Positions 1 through 13,033 of a stretch of 64,000 nt of DNA are shown here, piece by piece. The stretch covers positions 135,284,001 to 135,348,000 of the forward strand of contig JBITNC010000001.1 of NCBI GenBank assembly GCA_050084985.1, given 5' to 3'. Within the stretch, counting starts at the first letter, position 1. Every line of letters begins with the position of its first letter. The position numbers and the translations under genes are program-made. The notes beneath the pieces are model-generated. The model had not been told where the DNA came from, ran no database searches, and was given only the letters and a program-made list of their open reading frames with translations. The DNA comes from Nageia nagi (Eukaryota > Plantae > Pinophyta).

Positions 1-492
1 AAATCAAAATTTATCTTGAAGTGTGTGCCCTAACCTTTTTATAAAAGGGGCCCCACCCTTCCTCATTTGTTCACCCTATCATTTTCATAGCTGAGAGCAT
101 CCTTGAGTTTGAGAGACTGATTCAGAGAGGTTTAGCTGGTGCTTTTGTCACTATCGCCAGATAATTCTTCCTGTATTATTGTGCTGCATGCTATGGCCCT
201 ACTGATCACATGCGAGAGGGACACAGAGCTACCTTGGTGGCTGATTCTCCTACTGGTCATCAGGTACACTACCTCTTCTACCTTTTTCTTGCTATGTTTT
301 TGTTTATCTTCAAGTTTTAGCTGCCTATACACTAGTTTTTCCGAATTGCCCCTAGGGTTTTCCTATTGAATACCCTAGCTAATCGTTTTTCCCTTTTTAT
401 TCTATTTTTTCACATTTCTAGTATCATGGCTGTACTATGCTCATCTGTATGAACCTGTACCCTAAATTTTGTCAACCTTTGTGCACCAAGGA

Positions 493-622
493 GCCTGATA
501 TACGTAAGATAATACTGATCACTGTATATGAGATAAAATTGAGCACTATGCCAAGAGGCCTGATATATATGATAAAACTGATCACTGTATATGAGATACA
601 ACTGAGCACTATGCCAAGAGGC
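493..622. repeat. Tandem duplication, about 64-bp unit x2, in the element's post-gag region
   Basis: gcctgatata...actgatcactgtatatgagata..a.tgagcactatgccaagag occurs twice in succession. Confidence 0.85.
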
Positions 623-894
623 TTGTAGAATGATTTAAGAACTGATATCTACCCCAAGAGATATGCAAAATAGTGACCCAGGAGCAGAAACTCCATACTA
701 AGGGGGATCCAGTGACCTTCATTCCAACAAAAATAGATCACAAAAGTGGACCACAGGCGGTCTTCATTGCTAGATATGGAGCGCTAGCGCTCCTCTTGTT
801 ACATAAAAATTGATCCCCATTTCCTCTACCATAATGTTGGTTAGCGTGTCTACCCTAATGTTAGTTCTGTTAGTATCAGTATGATCATGGGTGT

Positions 895-3132
895 TCACCA
901 AATGATATTTTCGAAGGGCAACTCACCCCCGCTAGTGCTAGCTTCATGTTGATTTTTACACCATGGTGCCCCAGTGATAATAAGGCTCTTTATTGTACTT
1001 TCTTGTGCATACATTATTCCTGTATTATGTTTGGGCATGGGATCTTTGTAGATTCCTAAGTTTCTATTATCTGCATGCACAGGAGCTTTCCCTTTTATGT
1101 CAGGTTTTTCAAATGAGATTGCTTTTCTATCTACCAGATCTTGGATGATATCTCTGAGTTTTCTACATTCACATGTTTTGTGGCCATGAACTCTATGGTA
1201 TAGGCAAAATCCTCCTATAGTTTTAGTGGCTTGTTGGTTTATAGGTGGCAATTGAATTAGACCCTTCTTCACCAATAATTGCAACAACTCATTATGATCC
1301 TCTGTGATTTTGGTGTATACTCGGGGAGTCAAAGTTTTGCTTGATTTTTGTTTATGTTTTTCTTGTGTGATTATGTTGATTGTTGTAGTTTCCCTTTCTT
1401 CTTTTCTAAGTTTCCACAAACCAATTTTCATCATGTGTTGCTCTTTTCGAATCATGGAATCGATTATTTCAGAGAGGGGTTGGTCTAGATAGTTAAGGAA
1501 TTCAAGCATCATCTCATCTCTAATGGAGTTTATCAACATGTGTTTTAGTTCTTTCTTGTTCAAGTTTATGAATTTTGCAATTTTCTTCCATTCGGCTACA
1601 AACTTGCTAAATGGCTGATTTTCTTCCTGTTTCATTTTGGCAAGATCTATAATGAGTGGTTTTCTCTTTATGTTATATTGATATTGATCTATGAATTCAT
1701 GTTTTAGTTGCTCATAACTCTTGATGCTTTGATTTTCAAGTCCGTAGTACCAGTCAGATGCTTCTTTCCCTAGGCTAAGTGAAAAACGTCTAGCTAACAT
1801 ATTAGAATCATGTTGATGTCTATAAGCTGCTTCTTCAAAGATTACAATATGCATTCTCAGATCACTCCTACCATTATATTTGTCAAAATCTATGTCTTTC
1901 CCTTTCCAAATTTTACTTCTTATTCTTGAACAAAGAGGGTGACTTTCTTCTATTTTTTCATTCTCCTTTGCTTCATTTAAATGTACTAGCCTTTTCAATT
2001 GTTCAGCCATGTTTGCTAATTGTGCTCTCATTTTATCTAATTTTTCCTTTTCAATTTGTGAGTTTGGATTATCTTCAGGTTGCTTATCTATGAAATCTAG
2101 ACTTTCAGGTTCTTCTTCACTTTCATAATCAAGTATTCCAGGAGTGAATCTTCCTATTTGTTCTCTCCATTCATGAATCAGTTGATTTTCTAGTTCTCCC
2201 ATGATGACCTGTCTTACACTCACTTGAGCTTTCCAGTAAGATTTTGTGTTTATTATTTTCTTTACCTCTATCTCTTTGATTTTCTTTTCTTTATCTGACC
2301 AAAAAGGGTAAGCATTAAGAAGTTTTTGTGCAACAGGGTCTGTTTCAAGTTCTATTTCTAACTCACTATCAGACTCATCATCAAACTCAATTATTTCATC
2401 ATATTCTTCTTCTAATGTTATTGGTTTATGATATGCAAATGCCAAAGATGACGAAGAGGGTTCACAAACATTTTGTTTAACTATCTCAAGGGCAAAAGAA
2501 TTTTGATCATGATGGAGCATACAAAAGTTAATATGACTTTCCATGGTAGAAATGGACCGTGGGCAGTCTATTTCTACAGGGTTTATTTCGTGAGAGGTCT
2601 TATTATGATCGATTATGATGTTTGAAAAAAAGATTGGTTCATCCAGAAATGTTCTAAAGGAAAATCTGAGACTGTTCAGTGTTAAAAATTTATAGATTTT
2701 ATGCAATGAATAAACTATGGTAGGATCTTCAGAGAACTTGTAGAATGCCCCAAAATGCTCTATGAATTTTTGTATCAACCTTAGTTTATCTTCAGTGAGG
2801 TTTGAATTGTTAGATTTTACCCAACGATAAAGGACCAATTGTGATTTGTTTTCCAAAGGTAGAACTAGATTTTCCAAGATTCCTGCTTCAAGGGTTTCAT
2901 TATCCAAGCTATCACTATCTTCGGAATCACCATGATAGGATTCCTCATCCGGAAGTTTATCTTTGATAATCCCAGGAGCACTCTCTTTGTTTATTCTAGC
3001 ACTTTTCCTAGTTGGCTCTATTCCTTTCCATATTTTTCTTTTTCTCCTATTTTGTTCCAGCAATGATTGAACTAATGAAGGATAATCTGATAATTCATTT
3101 ATATCTCTACTCATTGTTGAATCGAAAAGCAT
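895..3132 (-). CDS. gag: Retrotransposon Gag-like protein (745 aa) with long acidic/coiled-coil N-terminal extension
   Basis: Retrotrans_gag-like segment FDKYNGRSDLRMHI...FSLSLGKEASDWYYGL...SYEQLKHEFIDQY; zinc knuckle FCLYHRVHGHKTCEC (Cx2Hx4Hx4C); starts right after the PBS. Confidence 0.88.
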   Translation of the reverse strand: MLFDSTMSRDINELSDYPSLVQSLLEQNRRKRKIWKGIEPTRKSARINKESAPGIIKDKLPDEESYHGDSEDSDSLDNETLEAGILENLVLPLENKSQLVLYRWVKSNNSNLTEDKLRLIQKFIEHFGAFYKFSEDPTIVYSLHKIYKFLTLNSLRFSFRTFLDEPIFFSNIIIDHNKTSHEINPVEIDCPRSISTMESHINFCMLHHDQNSFALEIVKQNVCEPSSSSLAFAYHKPITLEEEYDEIIEFDDESDSELEIELETDPVAQKLLNAYPFWSDKEKKIKEIEVKKIINTKSYWKAQVSVRQVIMGELENQLIHEWREQIGRFTPGILDYESEEEPESLDFIDKQPEDNPNSQIEKEKLDKMRAQLANMAEQLKRLVHLNEAKENEKIEESHPLCSRIRSKIWKGKDIDFDKYNGRSDLRMHIVIFEEAAYRHQHDSNMLARRFSLSLGKEASDWYYGLENQSIKSYEQLKHEFIDQYQYNIKRKPLIIDLAKMKQEENQPFSKFVAEWKKIAKFINLNKKELKHMLINSIRDEMMLEFLNYLDQPLSEIIDSMIRKEQHMMKIGLWKLRKEERETTTINIITQEKHKQKSSKTLTPRVYTKITEDHNELLQLLVKKGLIQLPPINQQATKTIGGFCLYHRVHGHKTCECRKLRDIIQDLVDRKAISFEKPDIKGKAPVHADNRNLGIYKDPMPKHNTGIMYAQESTIKSLIITGAPWCKNQHEASTSGGELPFENIIW

Positions 3133-3134
3133 GT

Positions 3135-3152
3135 TTCACGTTGGGTTCACCA
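3135..3152 (-). other. Primer binding site complementary to tRNA-Trp 3' end
   Basis: Plus strand ttcacgttgggttcacca matches the plant tRNA-Trp 3' end as I recall it (TTCACGTCGGGTTCACCA) at 17/18; it lies 2 nt from the LTR end. Confidence 0.85.
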
Positions 3153-3154
3153 AA

Positions 3155-4155
3155 TGTTTACAAATAAAAATTGAGAGTGCAAATAAGTAAATAAGCAACT
3201 ATCTACAAACTCAATATTATCTGTATTCTAGCTATGGATAGCAATTTATTCTAGATAACAGTAAACAACATATAGTAATTTAGAAGTGTAAATGTACCAA
3301 CCAAGAGTGTGATTTATGTACTAACCTCACAGAACGTACCTGACAACGAAAGACACAGATATTGGTGATGTAGTGATGATAAGTTGCCTTTTCCACAACG
3401 TCGTGACCTGCAAAGATGCGAAAAGAGGACCGCAGACGGTCCTTTTCAGTAGTATTAGAGCACCAGTGGTGTTCTTCCGTTCACAAAGGAGCATCGGCGG
3501 CCTTAGTTTGATAGCTTTGACCTCTCGATTTGGTCCAGATCTTCAGTATATATATCTCAGATTGTAGTATAATGATCGCAGATGTCAGGAGAGCTCGCGT
3601 AAGGAAGCACACGAACCACAGCCTTGTAGGCGGTACCAAGAGATACCTTAAGGGGTAGCCACTTACAAGACCATACGCGGGATCATGTGTATCCTTGTTG
3701 TTGTGGACTTACTATTAGATCCCTTATTTATATAGATATAGGTAATACCGCCCATAGGTCGGCGTGCATCCACATAAATAAGGTTAATTCACAAGATTTA
3801 AGATAAATATATCAATAAACAAGATAATTCATGCAATACTCAAGATAAACCATGCAATATTCAAGATAACCCATGCAATATTCAAGATAACCCATGCAAT
3901 ATTCATATTCAAGCCAAACATTGATATTATCACTTTAATCCATTCAAGACATATAGTTAGGCCAAGCATATTTCATTAATTTATTGATTTAAAAACATAA
4001 AATCATTTTTATGTGTTAACATTAAGATTATTCACGGTGCATATATTACACAATCTTAATCAACAATTATTTTAATGTGATATATATTAGAAAAAATACT
4101 TGTTTTATTTATTTATTTATTAAATTAAAGATAGGGTTTATTTTGAGTGTCTACA
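3155..4155 (-). repeat. 5' LTR (1001 bp)
   Basis: Minus-strand termini TGTAGACA...TGTAAACA; TATA-like tatataaataagg near 3722-3734; CpGs retained at 3340-3770. Confidence 0.82.
3820..3905. repeat. 21-bp tandem repeat x4 inside the LTR
   Basis: caagataa(c/a/t)(c/t)catgcaata(t/c)t repeated four times. Confidence 0.9.
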
Positions 4156-5261
4156 CTTGGGTTAGATTTAGGTCTTATCACACTTAGAGATATTACCTTA
4201 TAAACTAGTAATGACTTCAAAGGATACTTGTTACATATAATTAATATTTCAAAAGGTCTCAATTCCTAGATTTAGAACACTCACTTTTTGTATAACAAGT
4301 AGTCTTGGTTGAACCTTACAAAAAAGTACCTTTAATTGGTGTAATATTCAAAAGGGGTTATGTTGTTTTGTAAGCCGCACAAATAAAGCTATATAAAAAA
4401 ATCTTTCAACCAATTTCTTTTAAAGCGTTGATGAGTTGGGAATGTTTGTTGGATAATCATAGGTAATCTAAGGTAATATAGTTTTGAAAGCTTATAATTG
4501 TATTTTATCTATCATAGGGGTTCCAAAGATTCTCCACCATTCTGTTATGATATAGTCTTCTTGCTTCCTTCCATGCTTCCACTCTATCATTTTAAAAAAA
4601 AAAAAAAGATCTTTTTTACTACTCATTATTAATTTTTATTATTTATTAATATTATTTTGGTAATTAAACATATCATTCTATTATAAATTGATCTAATATA
4701 TTATTATCTATTGTGATTATTTATTGTCAATTATTGGAAATATTAGATCAAATAGTAGGATGGAATAAAAAAATAGATCTCCAAAATCACCTATAAAAAT
4801 CTTGAAGCTTCTATTACAAAATATTGTAGCTTCTTAAAAATTCATAGTTGAAGTCTTCAAGCAAATAAAGTTGATAAATAATATGACATGCAATGATAAA
4901 ATGTCTGAACAAGTAAAGCTCATGATAAATCATGTAACAATAGACTACTCAATATACCAACGTGATAACAATTAACTAAACCATAATTATAACTAAATCT
5001 TAAAAATATTATCACAAAAAAAGTATGTATAAACTTTATATGTACTTAATTCTAAATAATCTTCTCTTTTTATATAATTTCTAAATACCAATTTTCTCAT
5101 TCAATATATTTATTGTTATATAAATCCAACTACGAAAAAAAAATCTTCTTTACCATATTCATCATCATCTTAAGAATCCACATTAAATTCCTGGACTATG
5201 GAGACGTATCATCTTATAACCATTAGGACAAATAAGAAACATAAATAAATAAGTATTTTTT

Positions 5262-6040
5262 TTAGTATAAATCATTATATCTTATAACCAAAGGCCCTGT
5301 TATTACCTCCATCGCGTTACCGGGGTTGATGGATTCTCTGTGGAATAGTTTCTTGTTTTCCAATTTAACATCCATGACGATATCACTGTCGATAGTGCTT
5401 TCTCCAATGGTATCCATACAAGGGGTTTTGTTAATAAGTTTTTGAGATTCAAGTCCCTTATTACCAATAGAACAGCTCACGAACATCTTATTCTTTATTG
5501 GCCTTGAATACCTCCACTGCCATGAGATAGAAGGGTAAGAAATACGAGTCGAGAGACAGAAGGGATATTGACTCCATCTGCAATGGCTTGATCAATCACT
5601 GTGAAAATATCTGAAACAATACATCCTAGTTCGTCCAGTAAGCTTTGTACATGGTATCATACACTATACATTTAGTCGTTTCATTTTTCATCCCAAGAAT
5701 TTGGCATTCCCAACATTTCCAGCTGCCGCAGAGAAAGTATGACTACCGTGACCTTAAAAATCTCTCAGAGTAACCTTATTAATATCCGAAATAGATTCTT
5801 GCTCCAATAATCTTATTATTGTTATTTGAGGAGTTGAAATCGTCATCCTTCTCAGAAAATCCCTTCCATTTGGCAGATGGTGGCAGAATCCTCTTATCAT
5901 GAAGGTAGGGCTCTCAGGCCATATGCCAGTGTCCACAAGCCCTATGATCGGGCCCTTTCTGAAGTTTGACTGGTGATACACACCATCCTGCTAGTAGTGC
6001 GTAGCCTCCAGGAGGAAGGAAAGGCAGATGATGTTTCACA
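5262..6040 (-). pseudogene. Subtilisin-like serine protease (S8 subtilase) pseudogene fragment
   Basis: IIGLVDTGIWPES (catalytic Asp), GHGSHTFSAAAG (His, about 5720-5755), IDQAIADGV, FVSCSIGNKG (oxyanion Asn), TIGESTIDSD. Frameshifts and stops present; no catalytic-Ser region. Confidence 0.88.
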
Positions 6041-6309
6041 TCCAAATTATCTATTCTATTAGAGGGAAAGCCTTCACTGTTCCTGTTGAAATTTTAGGCC
6101 ATGCAAATCTATCAGAGATAGAGACTGATAGATTTATGATAACATCTTAAAATATGAAACAGACGATGATATCGCTAGTGCCGTAAATGGAGGGGCAGAA
6201 CGACCAAAGGGAAAGTGACTGGGTGGAGGAGTGGATTCAGCGAAGGCATCGATTGGAGGGGCTTTAACGTTTGGTCAACTACAACTCACTAGTTGTTTAA
6301 CTTCAGCGT

Positions 6310-8357
6310 AATTTTTGTTCTTGTATCTTCTATTATTATTTTTAAATATATTAGTAGTTCATATGATGTAAGTGTTTATCTCTATATAATATATGTTTAG
6401 AGAGTTTTATCATCGACATTATTCTTAATTTTATAAAATTTTTAGAATAAATGTGGATGTGATGCTCTTAAATCTCAATTTCAAAGGATTTAGAGAGGAA
6501 TTTAAATGTTTATTTCAGTTAGTGTTATCAAATTAGGTATGTTTCTTATTATTAGATTTCTGGTTGAGTTGTTCATGTATTGACCTTGCTTCAAATTGTG
6601 TCCTATACTCTATTCCCACTATGAGATGTACATTTTCTGTAATGGCCTACTATAGTGGTCCATCCTATAGATCAGTTGGTCTCCAGTGGAAGTTAATATA
6701 ATTTACTTTACTTTGGATTAGATAATTTTATAGTAATATTGCATTATATTCTACTATATTTTTGGTGGTCTTAATTTTTTTTAAGATCTGAATAATTTTT
6801 ATTAGTCTCTTTTTAATTTTTATTTATTAGAAATGGATAATTTTTATTTATTAGATGTTAATAAATATCATGAACGATTTGTATTCTTTTGTTAATTAAA
6901 CTTATCCATAAAGAGACGCATGAAATGAGGTGTGTAAAACTTCACATCAATACAAAAGAACTAAATAGATCCAATTAATGAAGTTGAGTTTTCACATGCC
7001 CTTAAGGTATATCAAAGGATTATCCTAGGTGGTTATTATCATTTTTATCTCTAAAAATCCATCCAATGTATATTAATTATTGTAAACTACATTTATTACT
7101 CTAAGAGGAGCACTCTCACATATACTTATTACAATTAATAATATGGTTAAGGGGTAGGTCCCAAGCCTCCCTAATTATCATCATAAAATATTGGATCAAA
7201 TGATATTTTTTGTGAAATAATAATCTACTATATCTTACTTTAATTACATAGTATATATTTATACAAGTAGCATAACAAATTGGACTAATCATGTCTAGCC
7301 AACAATTTCATATAGAATGTAACAAGCTAGATACAATATTTGAGTGGATAAATTACCATTATATAAAACACTCTAAAAACCCCCCTCACACCCCCATGTT
7401 ATATCATCATCCAAATGGGTATACATATAATAAAAACTACTTGATGAAAACACTCTATAGTTCATCAACATATAGGAGATAAATAGTGATATACATATGT
7501 ACTCATGATAAGTAATAGTGTAACTAGTCTCACTTTGCTTCTTCACTAGGACTACCTTATTAGACATGTAACCATGCATTGCTAGCTATCAATGATTCAT
7601 TAATATATTTGGATAGATACATACATAATATACAAATATCAAAGTTGTGAATAGGAACATTGGGGACACATAGAAGAAATCATGAACAAATAGATAGGAA
7701 TGCACACACTATGCAACATAAAATTTGTAAATAGGGATATACACATTATCCAATATCAATTTTGTAAGTAGGGATTCAAACATTATCGAACGTCAATATT
7801 CTAAAAAAGGAAACACACTATGATTTATAATAATTAATTAATTATCTTTCAATAATTATGATATAGAATAAACACAACATATCATATCTCTAAACTTATG
7901 TATAGAGATAAACATAATAAGTGTCGCATAGCCACACTTAGCACTCATTGCGAAGAATGACTCATATAACTATTCATAAGAAATGAATTTTAAAAAAATT
8001 CTCTTTTGTTTCCTTATTGGAAGGCTATTTAGTATTTACTTTCCATCTGTAATTATGTTCATTTACAATTAATGCATTGTTAATTTTAAATTTACCATCC
8101 ATTAGGTCCTTGGTTATCTGTATTCATTCAATCACTCTTTGACTTTAGTTATCACATTAGAAGTGAACAAGTTTTTACTTAGATATCTAAGTGATGGATG
8201 AAAGACATTTTAGCTTCTTTTTTGTAAATATCACCTTCTCTTCAACTATTAAATCATGTTTTTGAACTTGATTTTCTTCAAGGAGTAAAGATGAAATTAT
8301 ATTTTTCAAAATTGCATTCATCTTATTTAATGTGAACATATTAATATCATATCTAGA
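6310..8357. repeat. About 2-kb dispersed non-coding repeat, copy 1 (copy 2 at 54194-56106)
   Basis: Collinear similarity from aatttttg..cttgtatcttctattattatttttaaat to aatatcatatctaga, same orientation. Confidence 0.92.
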
Positions 8358-11300
8358 GTCTGCTCCAACTATGGTCACTTGGAAAATAGCTGCCCTCACG
8401 CTGGCCCCCTAACCCACCGAGCACTTCTCATGTCGATGGGTTCCAAGAACCCAAACATAAGGTCGATTCGACATGGGTTCCAAGAGTCCAAACGTAAGGT
8501 CGATAACAATCGCGCTTCCGCTCAACAAAAGAGTCATAAATTACCCGCTAAACAGGGCACCTCTGCAAGCCAAGGTAACGTTCCAACCAAGCCAATTGTG
8601 AACATGGATATCAACAATGTAAATCGTTTCCAACTCCTCCAAAAAGCTGAACAACTAGATGAAGATTTAAACCTACCCCAATCAGATGGCATCCACATAA
8701 AATCAAAAGTTAATCAGGTCCCTCAGCTACAAGAGCCTCCTAGTGTCCCCCTCCCAACTTAGTACAAATAACTCAGGAAATAACTCCAACCCAGGAAAAC
8801 GTGCTTCAAGAAATGGATGTTACTATGTCATACATGCCTACTTGAAGAGAGAACAATGCACTTTTCGAGTGTAGATCAACGCGTGAAATTGATGCCCCTC
8901 TCCAAAGCCACAAGCTAAAGGCCAAGCCCTCAAATAGACACCCAATAAATTAAAAACTGCCAACCTAGGGGCCCATAAGAGAAGACGTCGTCCACCTAAT
9001 CGAAATAAACTACAACAAGTAGCCAGAGATGGAATCGAATATGGCTTGCACTTTCAACCTGAGGAGTTGCTGGACCCTAAAAAGGCCATATTACCTCAAT
9101 GATTATCACGTCATAGAACACACATGGTCTCCACGAAAAATTAAGAATGGTTAAATCTCTAATGAAATCTAAGAATCCAACAGTACTATTTATTCATGAA
9201 ACTAAAGCATCTGCAAAGGAAGTTCGTAAACTTAAGAAAAGATTTTGGTACAAAAGGTCAGTCCTAGCCTGGGATGCCAACAGACAATCTGGGAACCATG
9301 CAATCATTTGGGATGGTTCAAAACTTGACTATAGGCTGGTTTTTACAAATGACTCGGTGATGGAAGTGATGGTAAAACATTTGGACTTAGGGTTTCTCTT
9401 TGGCCTAGTAAATGTTTATGGCCCTCAAGAGAGCCATCAGAAACAGGAATGCTGGGAGCAGATTTCAACTTGGCTAGCTGATAATGAGGAACTTCCTAGC
9501 ATTGTGGATGGTAATCTTAATTTTCCATCCGTAGCTTAGTGGAAAAATAGGGAGGGACAAGGAAATTAAAGAAAAGTGATGATGAATTCAATGATTTCAT
9601 TGAGAGAAACCAGCTGTTTGTATCCTTTTGGAGGAAAGGAAACTTTACATTGACCAACAAGCACTCAAAAGAATACAAAATTCTCAGACAGATTTCTCTT
9701 CACTCATTATTGGCAAGAAAGAGGGATTCTTTTCTAGTATGAAGAACTCTCATACGGGGGATCAAATCAATGGCCCATACTGGCAAATGTGGAATTAGAG
9801 GAGAGTTATAGGGGATCTCCTTTTTGGTTTTAATGGATGTGATTACAAGATGAGTCCTTCACTAAGTTAGTTGAAGAATGGTGACAAGAGGAAACCCAAG
9901 TTTATGGGACTAACATGTTCAAGTTTAATTATAAGCTAGGTAAATTGAAGTCAAAAATAAAACATTGGAATAAGTTCTGCTTTAGCAACTTCTCTGAAAA
10001 ATAGAGTAGCCTGAGCAAGATACACCTCTTCTAGAAAAGGAAAAGGTTATTCTTCAAAAGCTAGGGGAAGTATACCTTGCTGAGGAGTTATTTTGGAAAC
10101 AGAAGTCAAGGCTTCAATGGTTGCAAGAAGGTGACCGAAAAATAAAATATTACCATGCAACCACCATGGCTCGTAGGGCAAACAACCGAATCACAAAACT
10201 GATCACCCCAAAGGGTCGGACTATTACCTCACTAGAAGAGTTTGATGACCATATCATTTTCTTTTTCCAAGATTTACTAACTGAAGAAGATCAACATAGA
10301 TCAATAGCTCAAAAATAATTATTGGAAGTATTACCAACCATAGTAACCCAAACCCAGCATACAATGCTTACCAATACTATAATAGAGGATGAACTACATG
10401 TTGCAGTCTCACAAATGAAAAGCTATGGTGCCCCAAGACCCGATGGGTTCCCCCTAGTTCTTATCAGCATTTTTCGAGTCTACTCAAGGATGAAGAGGTG
10501 GAAGTTGTGCAAGAAGCCTTCGAGTCTAAACAAATTCTGGGTCGGGTAAATCATACTTTTCTCTCCCTCATTCTAAAAGTTTCTAATGCTTGTTCCATTA
10601 TTTATCTTCGTCGCATATCTCTTTGTAATTGCATCTACAAAATTATCTCTAAGGTAGCAGCAAACATGCTTTAGAAGGTGATTCCATACATAATCTCTGA
10701 TGACCAAAAATCATTCGTTAAAGGTGGATGGTTGATGGATGGCGTAATCCTTATTCATAAACTGACTCATTCTATAAGAAAAAAACCATAGTAAGGGGTT
10801 GTTGATGAAGTTAGACATGAAGAAAGCCTTTGATGAGAGAAATTGGGCTTTCCTATTGAATATTTTGGACAAATATGGCCTTTCCACTAGTTGGATCCAA
10901 TGGGTTTCAACTATAATTAGTGGACCAACTTTCTTCATTCTGATGAATGATAGGATAAGAGGGTACTTCAAAAGCTCTTGAGGTCTTCGAAAAGGAGATC
11001 CATTATCCCCTTACCGTTTCATCATAGTTTCTGAAACCTTGGAAAGAGGGTTAAGGCATATTCAATATTCAGGCAATCTCAAGGGCCTCCAACTCAATAA
11101 CCTCTTCCAATCAGTAATACACTCCCAATTTGCTGACGATACCTTGTTGGCGGTCTATCCTTCAGTTCAAGAAATCCATCAAGTCAAAAATCTCCTCAAT
11201 GCCTACAAACAAGCATCAAGCCAGATAGTTAACTATGCTAAGTCAAAATTATATGGCATAAACCTTCTGAACCATCTCCTAAGACTATTCTTCAGGCTAA

Positions 11301-13033
11301 TTAGAATGACCATTGATAAACTCCCTAGCACTTACCTAGGATTACCTCTTTTTCAAGATGGTAATATAGGTAACTATTGGGAGAAGATAAAAGATGAGTT
11401 AACATCAAAATTAGTGCTCTAAAAATCAAAATGGCTCTCAACAGTTAGATGACTGTTTAAAATCAAATCCATTTTTAGTGTTATACCCATTTTTTGGATG
11501 GGTATGTTTTGGATTCCATTACACCATATGGAGAACAAACTGAGATATTTCCTATGGCAGAGAAATGTAGAGGCAAGAAAAAATACATTTAGTAGCCTGG
11601 GATGTGGTATGTACCAATCTAAGAAGGGGTGGACTTGGAATAAGAAACGTCAGAACCATGAACAAATCTATGCTAGAATATCTTTTATGGCAGGTATACA
11701 CTGATCACAAAGTGCTTTGGAGCAGATCCATCAGATCTAAGTACCTTGATAGTGATCAAGCTAGGTGGATATTTATAGTAGAATATACCCTTATTAGTTC
11801 TACGATTCGGAATGGGTTAAGAAAGGTACAACCACTTGTTTTCAAATATCTCAAATAGATAGTTATAACAGGTGCTTAGATTCACTTTTGGTATGATACT
11901 TGGTTGGTAGATCGTCCCCTGTCCGATATTCCAAATCTTGCAAACTTGAAGGAACACTTGTCCAAGCAATGAAGAGAGTTAATTTAGGATTATTGGTAAC
12001 GATCAAAATTAGATGGGGTGAAACAAAATAAATGATGATTTTTAGAACATATATCACTAGACCTCCATAACACATATAGAGAGTTGGATTCTCAACTTCG
12101 ACCCTGTATACTTAAGTCTAACGGAAGGGATCATCTAACTTGCTCATAAACTCCATCAGGATCTTTCTTTGTAAACTCCATAAGGCATTCTCAAACCATG
12201 GCCCCTCAAAGTTTCCCCCGATAGTTTGGAAGCTAGCCTGGTCTTCCAAGGCCTGGCCTAAAGCAAAAAACTTTCTCTGGGCCTCTATACATAATAAAAT
12301 ATTATCAAAAGAATGATTATTTTGACAAGGATGGCCTGAGATATAAACTTGTGTAACATGTGGACAAGACCCTAAAATCGGGTTCTCACTTACTCTTACA
12401 CTGTGAATTTGCTTCCATGCTCTGGAATTACCTATTCTCTATTTTTGGCATTCAATGGGTTATGCCTCAGATGGTGGTAGAACTTTTACACTCTTGGAAT
12501 CATCCTTGTCCTAGCAAACTCCCCATGGTGGTTTGGACAACATCCCCGATAACGCTTTTATGTAGTGTGTGGCTTGAGAGGAATCAAAGAATTTTCAAAA
12601 GGTCTCAATCATAGGTAGAGAAGATCTGGGATAAGTTAGGCATCCATCTGAAGCATGTTTTGGTGGCCATGGAATCAAAAACCCGTGAACCCACACTGAT
12701 CAACATATTTTTTAAGAAATGGAGTTGCATAGCATCTGATGTTCACAACCCGGATCATTCTCAGGATTACACAACAAGACCTCCCCAGCCCTGATATATT
12801 GTTCCTATTGTTATGAAGCCAATCAGAGAGAGGTCCTTAATTTTTTCATATGGTCCCTCCTTTTGTTGGAAATATCCTGCAAATAGTTCTACCTAGATTA
12901 ACTTCTACAGTCATCGTATAGATGAGACGTAAGTCTCAATTTTGTATATTGTTCTGTATAGTTGCTCTCGAATCATTTGCCATTCAAAACGTTATTTAGT
13001 TAATACAAACATTTTTAAGCTACAAAAAAAAAA
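8358..13033 (+). mobile_element. Decayed L1-clade LINE, 5'-truncated within ORF1
   Basis: Begins in the ORF1 zinc knuckle (VCSNYGHLENSCP); ORF2 ATG at 9099. Endonuclease motifs LFIHETK and NVYGPQ; RT motifs PRPDGFP, MKLDMKKAFD, GDPLSP, HSQFADDTLL, YLGLPL, GGLGIR; zf-RVT HLLLHC and WLERNQRIF. A10 tail at 13024-13033; many stops. Confidence 0.93.

Larger units (their letters stand above)
1..4155 (-). mobile_element. Young Ty3/gypsy (Tat/Ogre-like) LTR retrotransposon, 5' part; runs off the left edge of the window
   Basis: On the minus strand: LTR 4155-3155, tRNA-Trp PBS 3152-3135, intact gag ORF 3132-895. No protease or RT motif in the 894 bp after gag. Confidence 0.9.

Noticed and set aside
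3135-3152. tRNA-Trp gene fragment
   Set aside because: Only 18 nt, includes CCA and abuts the LTR, so it is a PBS.
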